Below are positions 12,301 through 27,000 of a stretch of DNA of 64,000 nucleotides, piece after piece. Numbering within the stretch: the stretch's first letter is position 1; every line of letters begins with the position of its first letter. The stretch comes from Eledone cirrhosa (lineage: Eukaryota). Below the pieces are notes generated by a model. The model was not told where the DNA came from. It did not search any database and saw only the letters and a list, made by a program, of their open reading frames with translations. Location: the NCBI GenBank assembly GCA_964016885.1, contig OZ024745.1, positions 82,584,001 through 82,648,000 of the forward strand, given 5' to 3'. A program made the position numbers and the translations under genes.

Positions 12301-15300
12301 CCCCTTTACCACCATTACAGTGGACAATGTAGTCTTACATAACCCCTTTACAACCATTACAGTTGACAATGTGGTCTTACATAACCCCTTTACCACCATT
12401 ACAATGGACAATGTAGTCTAACATAACCCCTTTATCACCATTACAGTGGACAATGTAGCCTTACATAACCCCTTTACCACAATTACAGTGGGTAATGTAG
12501 TCTTACATAACCCCTTTACCAGCATTACAGAGGAAAATGTAATCTTACATAACCCCTTTATCACGATTACAGTAGACAATGTAGTCTTACATAACCCCTT
12601 TACCACCATTACAGTGGACAATGTAGTCTTACATAACCCCTTTAGCACCATTAAAGTGGACAATGTAGCCTTACATAACCTCCTTACCACCATTACAGTG
12701 GGTAATGTAGTCTTACATAACCCCTTTACCACCATTTCAGTGGGTAATGTAGCGTTGCATAACCCCTTTACCACCATTACAGTGGACAATGTAGTCTTAC
12801 ATAACCCCTTTACAACCATTACAGTTGACAATGTGGTCTTACATAACCCCTTTACCACCATTACAGTTGACAATGTAATCTTACATAACCCCTTTACCAC
12901 CATTACAGTGGACAGTGTAGCCTTACATAACACCTTTACCACCATTACAGTGGACAGTGTAGCCTTACATAACCCCTCTACAACCATTACAGTGGGTAAT
13001 GTAGTCTTACATAACCCCTTTACCACCATTACAGTGGACAATGTAGCCTTACATAACCCCTTTACCACAATTACAGTGGGTAATGTAGTCTTACATAACC
13101 CCTTTACCAGCATTACAGAGGAAAATGTAATCTTACATAACCCCTTTATCACGATTACAGTGGACAATGTAGTCTTACATAACCCCTTTACCACCATTAC
13201 AGTGGACAATGTAGTCTTACATAACCCCTTTACCACCATTACAGTGGACAATGTAGCCTTACATAACCTCCTTACCACCATTACAGTGGGTAATGTAGTT
13301 TTACATAACCCCTTTACCACCATTTCAGTGGGTAATGTAGCGTTACATAACCCCTTTACCACCATTACAGTGGACAATGTAGTCTTACATAACCTGTTTA
13401 CCACCATTACAGTAGACAATGTAGTCTTACATAACCCCTTTAGCACCATTACAGTGGACAATGTAGTCTTACATAACCCCTTTTACCACCATTACAGTGG
13501 ACAATGTAGTCTTACATAACCCCTTTACCACCATTACACTGGACAATGTAGTCTTACATAACCCCTTTATCACCATTACAGTGGACAATGTAGCCTTACA
13601 TAACCCCTTTACCATCATTACAGTGGGTAATGTAGTCTTACATAACCCCTTTATCACCATTACAGTGGACAATGTAGTCTTACATAACCCCTCTACCACC
13701 ATTACAGTGGGTAATGTAGTCTTACATAACCCCTTTACTACCATTACAGTGGAAAATGTAATCTTACATAACCCCTTCATCACGATTACAGTGGACAATG
13801 TAGCCTTATATAACCCCTTTACCACTATTACAGTGGACAATGTAGTCTTACATAACCCCTTTACCACCATTACAGTGGACAGTGTAGTCTTACATAACCC
13901 CTTTACCACCATTACAGTGGACAATGTAGTCTTACATATCCTCTTTACCACCATTGCAGTAGACAATGTAGTCTTACATAACCCCTTTATCACCATTACA
14001 GTGGACAGTGTAGTCTTACATAACCCCTTTTACCACCATTACAGTGGACAATGTAGTCTTATATAACCCCTTTACCACCATTACAGTGGACAATGTAGTC
14101 TTACATAACCCCTCTATCACCATTACAGTGGACAATGTAGCCTTACATAACCCATTTACCACCATTACAGTTGACAATGTAGTCTTACATAACCCCTTTA
14201 CCACCATTACAGTGGACAATGTAGTCTTACATAACCCCTTTACCACCATTAGAGTGGACAATGTAGTCTTACATAACCCCTTTACCACCATTACAGTGGA
14301 CAATTTTGTCTTACATAAACCCTTTACCACCATTACAGTGGACAGTGTAGCCTTACATAACCCCTTTCCACCATTACAGTGGACAATGTAGTCTTAATTA
14401 ACCACTTTATCACCATTACAGTGGACAATGTAGTCTTACATAACTCCTTTACCACCATTACAGTGGACAATGTAGTCTTACATAACCCCTTTACCACCAT
14501 TACAGTGGACAATGTAGTCTTACATAACCCCTTTACCACCATTACAGTGGACAATGTAGTCTTACATAACCCCTTTACCACCATTACAGTGGACAATGTA
14601 GTCTTACATAACCCCTTTACCACCAATACAGTGGACAATTTTGTCTTACATAACCCTTTTACCACCATTACAGTGGACAGTGTAGCCTTACATAACCCCT
14701 TTACCACCATTACAGTGGACAGTGTAGCCTTACATAACCCCTTTACCACCATTACAGTGGACAATGTAGTCTTACATAACCCCTTTACCACCATTACAGT
14801 GGACAATGTAGTCTTACATAACCCCTTTACCACCATTACAGTGGACAATGTAGTCTTACATAACCCCTTTACCACCATTACAGTGGACAATGTAGTCTTA
14901 CATAACCCCTTTATCGCCATTACGGTGGACAATGTAGTCTTACATAACCCCTTTACCACCATTACAGTAGACAATGTAGTCTTGCATAACCCCTTTACCA
15001 CCATTACAGTGGACAATGTAGTCTTACATAACCCCTTTACAACCATTACAGTTGACAATGTGGTCTTACATAACCCCTTTACCACCATTACAATGGACAA
15101 TGTAGTCTAAAATAACCCCTTTATCACCATTACAGTGGACAATGTAGCCTTACATAACCCCTTTACCACAATTACAGTGGGTAATGTAGTCTTACATAAC
15201 CCCTTTACCAGCATTACAGAGGAAAATGTAATCTTACATAACCCCTTTATAACGATTACAGTGGACAATGTAGCCTTACATAACCCCTTTACCACTATTA

Positions 15301-16419
15301 CAGTGGACAATGTAGTCTTACATAACTCATTTACCACCATTACAGTGGACAATGTAGTCTTACATAACCTGTTTACCACCATTACAGTAGACAATGTAGT
15401 CTTACATAACCCCTTTAGCACCATTACAGTGGACAATGTAGTCTTACATAACCCTTTTTACCACCATTACAGTGGACAATGTAGTCTTACATAACCCCTT
15501 TACCACCATTACACTGGACAATGTAGTCTTACATAACCCCTTTATCACCATTACAGTGGATAATGTAGCCTTACATAACCCCTTTATCATAATTACAGTG
15601 AGTAATGTAGTCTTACATAACCCCTTTACTACCATTACAGTGGAAAATGTAATCTTACATAACCCCTTCATCACGATTATAGTGGACAACGTAGCCTTAC
15701 ATAACCCCTTTACCACCATTACAGTGGACAATGTAGCCTTACATAACCCCTTTACCACCATTACAGTGGACAATGTAGTCTTACATATCCTCTTTACCAC
15801 CATTACAGTGGACAGTGTAGTCTTACATAACCCCTTTTACCACCATTACAGTGGACAATGTAGTCTTACATAACCCCTTTACCACCATTACAGTGGACAA
15901 TGTAGTCTTACATAACCCCTTTATCGCCATTACGGTGGACAATGTAGTCTTACATAACCCCTTTACCACCATTACAGTAGACAATGTAGTCTTGCATAAC
16001 CCCTTTACCACCATTACAGTGGACAATGTAGTCTTACATAACCCCTTTACAACCATTACAGTTGACAATGTGGTCTTACATAACCCCTTTACCACCATTA
16101 CAATGGACAATGTAGTCTAAAATAACCCCTTTATCACCATTACAGTGGACAATGTAGCCTTACATAACCCCTTTACCACAATTACAGTGGGTAATGTAGT
16201 CTTACATAACCCCTTTACCAGCATTACAGAGGAAAATGTAATCTTACATAACCCCTTTATAACGATTACAGTGGACAATGTAGCCTTACATAACCCCTTT
16301 ACCACTATTACAGTGGACAATGTAGTCTTACATAACTCATTTACCACCATTACAGTGGACAATGTAGTCTTACATAACCTGTTTACCACCATTACAGTAG
16401 ACAATGTAGTCTTACATAA
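6401..16419. repeat. Tandem duplication, unit 5001 bp (119 monomers + 3 net inserted bases): 6401-11418 / 11402-16419
   Basis: A series of ORFs recurs at exactly +5001 with identical translations (7445/12446, 8496/13497, 9043/14044, 9378/14379, 10134/15135, 10471/15472, 10850/15851). The junction falls within ~11402-11418. Confidence 0.93.
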
Positions 16420-19400
16420 CCCCTTTAGCACCATTACAGTGGACAATGTAGTCTTACATAACCCTTTTTACCACCATTACAGTGGACAATGTAGTCTTAC
16501 ATAACCCCTTTACCACCATTACACTGGACAATGTATTCTTACATAACCCCTTTATCACCATTACAGTGGATAATGTAGCCTTACATAACCCCTTTATCAT
16601 AATTACAGTGAGTAATGTAGTCTTACATAACCCCTTTACTACCATTACAGTGGACAATGTGGTCTTACATAACTCCTTTACCACCATTACAGTGGACAGT
16701 GTAGTCTTACATAACCCCTTTACCACCATTACAGTGGACAATGTAATCTTACATAACCCCTTTACCACCATTACAGTGGACAGTGTAGCCTTACATAACA
16801 CCTTTACCACCATTACAGTGGACAGTGTAGCCTTACATAACCCCTCTACAACCATTACAGTGGGTAATGTAGTCTTACATAACCCCTTTACCACCATTAC
16901 AGTGGACAATGTAGCCTTACATAACCCCTTTACCACAATTACAGTGGGTAATGTAGTCTTACATAACCCCTTTACCAGCATTACAGAGGAAAATGTAATC
17001 TTACATAACCCCTTTATCACGATTACAGTGGACAATGTAGTCTTACATAACCCCTTTACCACCATTACAGTGGACAATGTAGTCTTACATAACCCCTTTA
17101 CCACCATTACAGTGGACAATGTAGCCTTACATAACCTCCTTACCACCATTACAGTGGGTAATGTAGTTTTACATAACCCCTTTACCACCATTTCAGTGGG
17201 TAATGTAGCGTTACATAACCCCTTTACCACCATTACAGTGGACAATGTAGTCTTACATAACCTGTTTACCACCATTACAGTAGACAATGTAGTCTTACAT
17301 AACCCCTTTAGCACCATTACAGTGGACAATGTAGTCTTACATAACCCCTTTTACCACCATTACAGTGGACAATGTAGTCTTACATAACCCCTTTACCACC
17401 ATTACACTGGACAATGTAGTCTTACATAACCCCTTTATCACCATTACAGTGGACAATGTAGCCTTACATAACCCCTTTACCATCATTACAGTGGGTAATG
17501 TAGTCTTACATAACCCCTTTATCACCATTACAGTGGACAATGTAGTCTTACATAACCCCTCTACCACCATTACAGTGGGTAATGTAGTCTTACATAACCC
17601 CTTTACTACCATTACAGTGGAAAATGTAATCTTACATAACCCCTTCATCACGATTACAGTGGACAATGTAGCCTTATATAACCCCTTTACCACTATTACA
17701 GTGGACAATGTAGTCTTACATAACCCCTTTACCACCATTACAGTGGACAGTGTAGTCTTACATAACCCCTTTACCACCATTACAGTGGACAATGTAGTCT
17801 TACATATCCTCTTTACCACCATTGCAGTAGACAATGTAGTCTTACATAACCCCTTTATCACCATTACAGTGGACAGTGTAGTCTTACATAACCCCTTTTA
17901 CCACCATTACAGTGGACAATGTAGTCTTATATAACCCCTTTACCACCATTACAGTGGACAATGTAGTCTTACATAACCCCTCTATCACCATTACAGTGGA
18001 CAATGTAGCCTTACATAACCCATTTACCACCATTACAGTTGACAATGTAGTCTTACATAACCCCTTTACCACCATTACAGTGGACAATGTAGTCTTACAT
18101 AACCCCTTTACCACCATTAGAGTGGACAATGTAGTCTTACATAACCCCTTTACCACCATTACAGTGGACAATTTTGTCTTACATAAACCCTTTACCACCA
18201 TTACAGTGGACAGTGTAGCCTTACATAACCCCTTTCCACCATTACAGTGGACAATGTAGTCTTAATTAACCACTTTATCACCATTACAGTGGACAATGTA
18301 GTCTTACATAACTCCTTTACCACCATTACAGTGGACAATGTAGTCTTACATAACCCCTTTACCACCATTACAGTGGACAATGTAGTCTTACATAACCCCT
18401 TTACCACCATTACAGTGGACAATGTAGTCTTACATAACCCCTTTACCACCATTACAGTGGACAATGTAGTCTTACATAACCCCTTTACCACCAATACAGT
18501 GGACAATTTTGTCTTACATAACCCTTTTACCACCATTACAGTGGACAGTGTAGCCTTACATAACCCCTTTACCACCATTACAGTGGACAGTGTAGCCTTA
18601 CATAACCCCTTTACCACCATTACAGTGGACAATGTAGTCTTACATAACCCCTTTACCACCATTACAGTGGACAATGTAGTCTTACATAACCCCTTTACCA
18701 CCATTACAGTGGACAATGTAGTCTTACATAACCCCTTTACCACCATTACAGTGGACAATGTAGTCTTACATAACCCCTTTATCGCCATTACGGTGGACAA
18801 TGTAGTCTTACATAACCCCTTTACCACCATTACAGTAGACAATGTAGTCTTGCATAACCCCTTTACCACCATTACAGTGGACAATGTAGTCTTACATAAC
18901 CCCTTTACAACCATTACAGTTGACAATGTGGTCTTACATAACCCCTTTACCACCATTACAATGGACAATGTAGTCTAAAATAACCCCTTTATCACCATTA
19001 CAGTGGACAATGTAGCCTTACATAACCCCTTTACCACAATTACAGTGGGTAATGTAGTCTTACATAACCCCTTTACCAGCATTACAGAGGAAAATGTAAT
19101 CTTACATAACCCCTTTATAACGATTACAGTGGACAATGTAGCCTTACATAACCCCTTTACCACTATTACAGTGGACAATGTAGTCTTACATAACTCATTT
19201 ACCACCATTACAGTGGACAATGTAGTCTTACATAACCTGTTTACCACCATTACAGTAGACAATGTAGTCTTACATAACCCCTTTAGCACCATTACAGTGG
19301 ACAATGTAGTCTTACATAACCCTTTTTACCACCATTACAGTGGACAATGTAGTCTTACATAACCCCTTTACCACCATTACACTGGACAATGTAGTCTTAC

Positions 19401-20613
19401 ATAACCCCTTTATCACCATTACAGTGGATAATGTAGCCTTACATAACCCCTTTATCATAATTACAGTGAGTAATGTAGTCTTACATAACCCCTTTACTAC
19501 CATTACAGTGGAAAATGTAATCTTACATAACCCCTTCATCACGATTATAGTGGACAACGTAGCCTTACATAACCCCTTTACCACCATTACAGTGGACAAT
19601 GTAGCCTTACATAACCCCTTTACCACCATTACAGTGGACAATGTAGTCTTACATATCCTCTTTACCACCATTACAGTGGACAGTGTAGTCTTACATAACC
19701 CCTTTTACCACCATTACAGTGGACAATGTAGTCTTACATAACCCCTTTACCACCATTACAGTGGACAATGTAGTCTTACATAACCCCTTTATCGCCATTA
19801 CGGTGGACAATGTAGTCTTACATAACCCCTTTACCACCATTACAGTAGACAATGTAGTCTTGCATAACCCCTTTACCACCATTACAGTGGACAATGTAGT
19901 CTTACATAACCCCTTTACAACCATTACAGTTGACAATGTGGTCTTACATAACCCCTTTACCACCATTACAATGGACAATGTAGTCTAAAATAACCCCTTT
20001 ATCACCATTACAGTGGACAATGTAGCCTTACATAACCCCTTTACCACAATTACAGTGGGTAATGTAGTCTTACATAACCCCTTTACCAGCATTACAGAGG
20101 AAAATGTAATCTTACATAACCCCTTTATAACGATTACAGTGGACAATGTAGCCTTACATAACCCCTTTACCACTATTACAGTGGACAATGTAGTCTTACA
20201 TAACTCATTTACCACCATTACAGTGGACAATGTAGTCTTACATAACCTGTTTACCACCATTACAGTAGACAATGTAGTCTTACATAACCCCTTTAGCACC
20301 ATTACAGTGGACAATGTAGTCTTACATAACCCTTTTTACCACCATTACAGTGGACAATGTAGTCTTACATAACCCCTTTACCACCATTACACTGGACAAT
20401 GTATTCTTACATAACCCCTTTATCACCATTACAGTGGATAATGTAGCCTTACATAACCCCTTTATCATAATTACAGTGAGTAATGTAGTCTTACATAACC
20501 CCTTTACTACCATTACAGTGGACAATGTGGTCTTACATAACTCCTTTACCACCATTACAGTGGACAGTGTAGTCTTACATAACCCCTTTACCACCATTAC
20601 AGTGGACAATGTA
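12869..20613. repeat. Tandem duplication, unit 3868 bp (92 monomers + 4): 12869-16745 / 16737-20613
   Basis: ORFs recur at +3868 (13497/17365, 14044/17912, 14379/18247, 15135/19003, 15472/19340, 15851/19719, 16145/20013, 16482/20350). The junction is at ~16737-16745. Confidence 0.93.
14828..16654. repeat. Nested ~1010-bp duplication (24 monomers + 2), also present at ~9830-11418 and ~18700-20520
   Basis: The GTCTAAAAT variant occurs in pairs 1010 bp apart (10107/11117, 15108/16118, 18976/19986), each preceded by ATCGCCATTACGG and followed by GAGGAA and AACTCA variants. Confidence 0.88.
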
Positions 20614-21095
20614 GTCTTACATATCCTCTTTACCACCATTACAGTAGACAATGTAGTCTTACATAACCCCTTTATCACCATTACAGTGGACAGTGTAGTC
20701 TTACATAACCCCTTTTACCACCATTACAGTGGACAATGTAGTCTTATATAACCCCTTTACCACCATTACAGTGGACAATGTAGTCTTACATAACCCCTTT
20801 ATCACCATTACAGTGGACAATGTAGCCTTACATAACCCATTTCCACCATTACAGTTGACAATGTAGTCTTACATAACCCCTTTACCTCCATTACAGTGGA
20901 CAATGTAGTCTTACATAACCCCTTTACCATCATTACAGTGGACAATGTAGTCTTACATAACCCCTTTACCACCATTACAGTGGACAATTTTGTCTTACAT
21001 AACCCCTTTACCACCATTACAGTGGACAGTGTAGCCTTACATAACCCCTTTTCCACCATTACAGTGGACAATGTAGTCTTACATAACCACTTTAT

Positions 21096-24000
21096 CACCA
21101 TTACAGTGGACACTGTAGTCTTACATAACCCCTTTACCACCATTACAGTGGACAATGTAGCCTTACATAACCCCTTTACCACCATTAGAGTTTACAATGT
21201 AGTCTTACATAACCCCTTTACCACCATTACAGTTGAAAACGTAATCTTACATAACCCCTTTACCACCATTACAGTGGACAGTGTAACCTTACATAATCCC
21301 TTTATCACCATTAAAGTGGACAATGTAGTCTTACATAACCCCTTTACCACCATTACAGTGGACAATGTAGCCTTACATAACCCCTTTACCACCATTACAG
21401 TTGACAATGTAGTCTTACATAACCCCTTTACCACCATTACAGTGGAAAATGTAGCCTTACATAACCCCTTTACCACCATTACAGTTGACAATGTAGTCTT
21501 ACATAACCCCTTTACCACCATTACAGTGGACAATGTAGTCTTACATAACCCCTTTACCACCATTACAGTGGACAATGTAGTCTTACATAACCCCTTTACC
21601 ACCATTACAGTGGACAGTGTAGCCTTACATAACCCCTTTACCACCATTACAGTGGACAATGTAGCCTTACATAACCCCTTTACCACCATTACAGTTGACA
21701 ATGTAGTCTTACATAACCCCTTTACCACCATTACAGTGGACAATGTAGCCTTACATAACCCTTTTACCACCATTACAGTGGGTTATGTAGTCTTACATAA
21801 CCCCTTAACCGCCATTACAGTGGACAATGTAACCTTACATAACCCCTTTACCACCATTACAGTGGGTAATGTAGTCTTACATAACCCCTTTACCACCATT
21901 ATAGTAGACAATGTAGTCTTACATAACCTCTTTACCACCATTACAGTTGACAATGTAGTCTTGCATAACCCCTTTACCACCATTACAGTGGACAATGTAG
22001 CCTTACATAAACCCTTTACAACCATTACAGTGGACAGTGTAGCCTTACATAACCCCTTTACCACCATTACAGTGGACAATGTAGTCTTACATAACCCCTT
22101 TACCACCATTACAGTTGACAATGTAGTCTTACATAACACCTTTACCACCATTACAGTGGACAGTGTAGCCTTACATAACCCCTTTACCACCATTACAGTG
22201 GACAATGTAGTCTTACATAACCCCTTTACCACCATTACAGTGGACAATGTAGTCTTACATAACCCCTTTACCACCATTACAGTGGACAATGTAGCCTTAC
22301 ATAACCCCTTTACCACCGTTACAGTGGATAATGTAGTCTTACATAACCCCTTTACCTCCCTTACAGTGGACAATTTTGTCTTACATAACCCCTTTACCAC
22401 CATTACAGTGGACAGTGTAGCCTTACATAACCCCTTTACCACCATTACAGTGGACAGTGTAGCCTTACATAACCCCTTTACCACCATTACAGTGGACAAT
22501 GTAGTCTTACATAACCCCTTTACCACCATTACAGTGGACAATGTAGCCTTACATAACCCATTTACCACCATTACAGTGGACAGTGTAGCCTTACATAACC
22601 CCTTTACCACCATTACAGTGGACAATGTAGTCTTACATAACCCCTTTACCACCATTACAGTTGACAATGTAGTCTTACATAACCCCTTTACCACCATTAC
22701 AGTTGACAATGTAATCTTGCATAACCCCTTTACCACCATTACAGTGGACAGTGTAGACTTACATAACCCCTTTACCACCATTACAGTGGACAGTGTAGCC
22801 TTACATAACCCCTCTACCACCATTACAGTGGGTAATGTAGTCTTACATAACCTCTTTACCACCATTACAGTGGACAATGTAGTCTTACATAACCCCTCTA
22901 CCACCATTACAGAGGACAATGTAGTCTTACATAACCCCTTTACCACCATTACAGTGGACAATGTAGTCTTACATAACCCCTTTACCACCATTACAGTGGA
23001 CAATGTAGCCTTACATAACCCCTTTACAACCATTACAGTGGACAGTATAGCCTGACATAACCCCTTTACCACCATTACAGTGGACAATGTAGTCTTACAT
23101 AACCCCTTTACCACCATTACAGTTGACAATGTAGTCTTACATAACCCCTTTACCACCATTACAGTTGACAATGTAATCTTACATAACCCCTTTACCACCA
23201 TTACAGTGGACAGTGTAGCCTTACATAACCCCTTTACCACCATTACAGTGGACAGTGTAGCCTTACATAACCCCACTACCACCATTACAGTGGGTAATGT
23301 AGTCTTACATAACCCCTTTACCACCATTACAGTGGACAATGTAGTCTTACATAATCCCTTTACCACCATTACAGTGGACAATGTAGTCTTACATAACCCC
23401 TTTACCACCATTACAGTTGACAATGTAGTCTTACATAACCCCTTTACCACCATTACAGTGGACAATGTAGCCTTACATAACCCCTTTACCACCATTAAAG
23501 TGGACAGTGTAGCCTTACATAACCCCTTTACCACCATTACAGTGGACAGTATAGCCTTACATAACCCCTTTACCACCATTAAAGTGGACAATGTAGCCTT
23601 ACATAACCCCTTTACAACCATTACAGTGGACAGTATAGCCTTACATAACCCCTTTACCACCATTACAGTGGACAATGTAGTCTTACATAACCCCTTTACC
23701 ACCATTACAGTGGAGAATGTAGTCTTACATAACCCCTTTACCACCATTACAGTTGACAATGTAATCTTACATAACCCCTTTACCACCATTACAGTGGACA
23801 GTGTAGCCTTACATAATCCCTTTACCACCATTAAAGTGGACAATGTAGTCTTACATAACCCCTCTACCACCATTACAGTGGGTAATGTAGTCTTACATAA
23901 CCCCTTTACCACCATTAAAGTGGACAATGTAGTCTTACATAACCCCTTAACCACCATTACAGTGGACAATTTTGTCTTACATAACCCCTTTACCACCATT

Positions 24001-27000
24001 ACAATGGACAGTGTAGCCTTACATAACCCCTTTACCACCACTACAGTGAACAATGTAGCCTTACATAACCCCTTTACCACCATTACAGTTGACAATGTAG
24101 TCTTACATAACCCCTTTACCACCATTACAGTGGACAATGTAGCCATACGTAACCCCTTTACCACCATTACAGTGGGTTATGGAGTCTTACATAACCCCTT
24201 AACCGCCATTACAGTGGACAATGTAACCTTACATAACCCCTTTACCACCATTACAGTAGACAATGTAGTCTTACATAACCCCTTTACCACCATTACAGTG
24301 GACAGTGTAGCCTTACATAACCCCTTTACCACCATTACAGTGGACAGTGTAGCCTTACATAACCCCTTTACCACCATTACAGTGGACAATGTAGTCTTAT
24401 ATAACCCCTTTACCACCATTACAGTGGACAATGTAGTCTTACATAACCCCTTTACCACCATTACAGTGGACAATGTAGTCTTACATAACCCCTTTACCAC
24501 CATTACAGTTGACAATGTAGTCTTACATAACCCCTTTACCACCATTACAGTGGACAATTTTGTCTTACATAAGCCCTTTACAACCATTACAGTAGACAAT
24601 GTAGCCTTACATAACCCCTTTACAACCATGACAGTGGACAGTGTAGCCTTACATAACCCCTTTACCACCATTACAGTGGACAATGTAGTCTTACATAACC
24701 CCTTTACCACCATTACAGTGGACAATGTAGCCTTACATAACCCCTTTACCACCATTACAGTGGACAGTGTAGCCTTACATAACCCCTTTACCACCATTAC
24801 AGTGGACACTGTAGTCTTACATAACCCCTTTACCACCATTACAGTGGACAATGTAGCCTTACATAACCCCTTTACCACCATTAGAGTTTACAATGTAGTC
24901 TTACATAACCCCTTTACCACCATTACAGTTGAAAACGTAATCTTACATAACCCCTTTACCACCATTACAGTGGACAGTGTAACCTTACATAATCCCTTTA
25001 TCACCATTAAAGTGGACAATGTAGTCTTACATAACCCCTTTACCACCATTACAGTGGACAATGTAGCCTTACATAACCCCTTTACCACCATTACAGTTGA
25101 CAATGTAGTCTTACATAACCCCTTTACCACCATTACAGTGGAAAATGTAGCCTTACATAACCCCTTTACCACCATTACAGTTGACAATGTAGTCTTACAT
25201 AACCCCTTTACCACCATTACAGTGGACAATGTAGTCTTACATAACCCCTTTACCACCATTACAGTGGACAATGTAGTCTTACATAACCCCTTTACCACCA
25301 TTACAGTGGACAGTGTAGCCTTACATAACCCCTTTACCACCATTACAGTGGACAATGTAGCCTTACATAACCCCTTTACCACCATTACAGTTGACAATGT
25401 AGTCTTACATAACCCCTTTACCACCATTACAGTGGACAATGTAGCCTTACATAACCCTTTTACCACCATTACAGTGGGTTATGTAGTCTTACATAACCCC
25501 TTAACCGCCATTACAGTGGACAATGTAACCTTACATAACCCCTTTACCACCATTACAGTGGGTAATGTAGTCTTACATAACCCCTTTACCACCATTACAG
25601 TAGACAATGTAGTCTTACATAACCTCTTTACCACCATTACAGTTGACAATGTAGTCTTGCATAACCCCTTTACCACCATTACAGTGGACAATGTAGCCTT
25701 ACATAAACCCTTTACAACCATTACAGTGGACAGTGTAGCCTTACATAACCCCTTTACCACCATTACAGTGGACAATGTAGTCTTACATAACCCCTTTACC
25801 ACCATTACAGTTGACAATGTAGTCTTACATAACACCTTTACCACCATTACAGTGGACAGTGTAGCCTTACATAACCCCTTTACCACCATTACAGTGGACA
25901 GTGTAGCCTTACATAACCCCTCTACCACCATTACAGTGGGTAATGTAGTCTTACATAACCTCTTTACCACCATTACAGTGGACAATGTAGTCTTACATAA
26001 CCCCTCTACCACCATTACAGAGGACAATGTAGTCTTACATAACCCCTTTACCACCATTACAGTGGACAATGTAGTCTTACATAACCCCTTTACCACCATT
26101 ACAGTGGACAATGTAGCCTTACATAACCCCTTTACAACCATTACAGTGGACAGTATAGCCTGACATAACCCCTTTACCACCATTACAGTGGACAATGTAG
26201 TCTTACATAACCCCTTTACCACCATTACAGTTGACAATGTAGTCTTACATAACCCCTTTACCACCATTACAGTTGACAATGTAATCTTACATAACCCCTT
26301 TACCACCATTACGGTGGACAGTGTAGCCTTACATAACCCCTTTACCACCATTACAGTGGACAGTGTAGCCTTACATAACCCCACTACCACCATTACAGTG
26401 GGTAATGTAGTCTTACATAACCCCTTTACCACCATTACAGTGGACAATGTAGTCTTACATAATCCCTTTACCACCATTACAGTGGACAATGTAGTCTTAC
26501 ATAACCCCTTTACCACCATTACAGTTGACAATGTAGTCTTACATAACCCCTTTACCACCATTACAGTGGACAATGTAGCCTTACATAACCCCTTTACCAC
26601 CATTAAAGTGGACAGTGTAGCCTTACATAACCCCTTTACCACCATTACAGTGGACAGTATAGCCTTACATAACCCCTTTACCACCATTAAAGTGGACAAT
26701 GTAGCCTTACATAACCCCTTTACAACCATTACAGTGGACAGTATAGCCTTACATAACCCCTTTACCACCATTACAGTGGACAATGTAGTCTTACATAACC
26801 CCTTTACCACCATTACAGTGGAGAATGTAGTCTTACATAACCCCTTTACCACCATTACAGTTGACAATGTAATCTTACATAACCCCTTTACCACCATTAC
26901 AGTGGACAGTGTAGCCTTACATAATCCCTTTACCACCATTAAAGTGGACAATGTAGTCTTACATAACCCCTCTACCACCATTACAGTGGGTAATGTAGTC

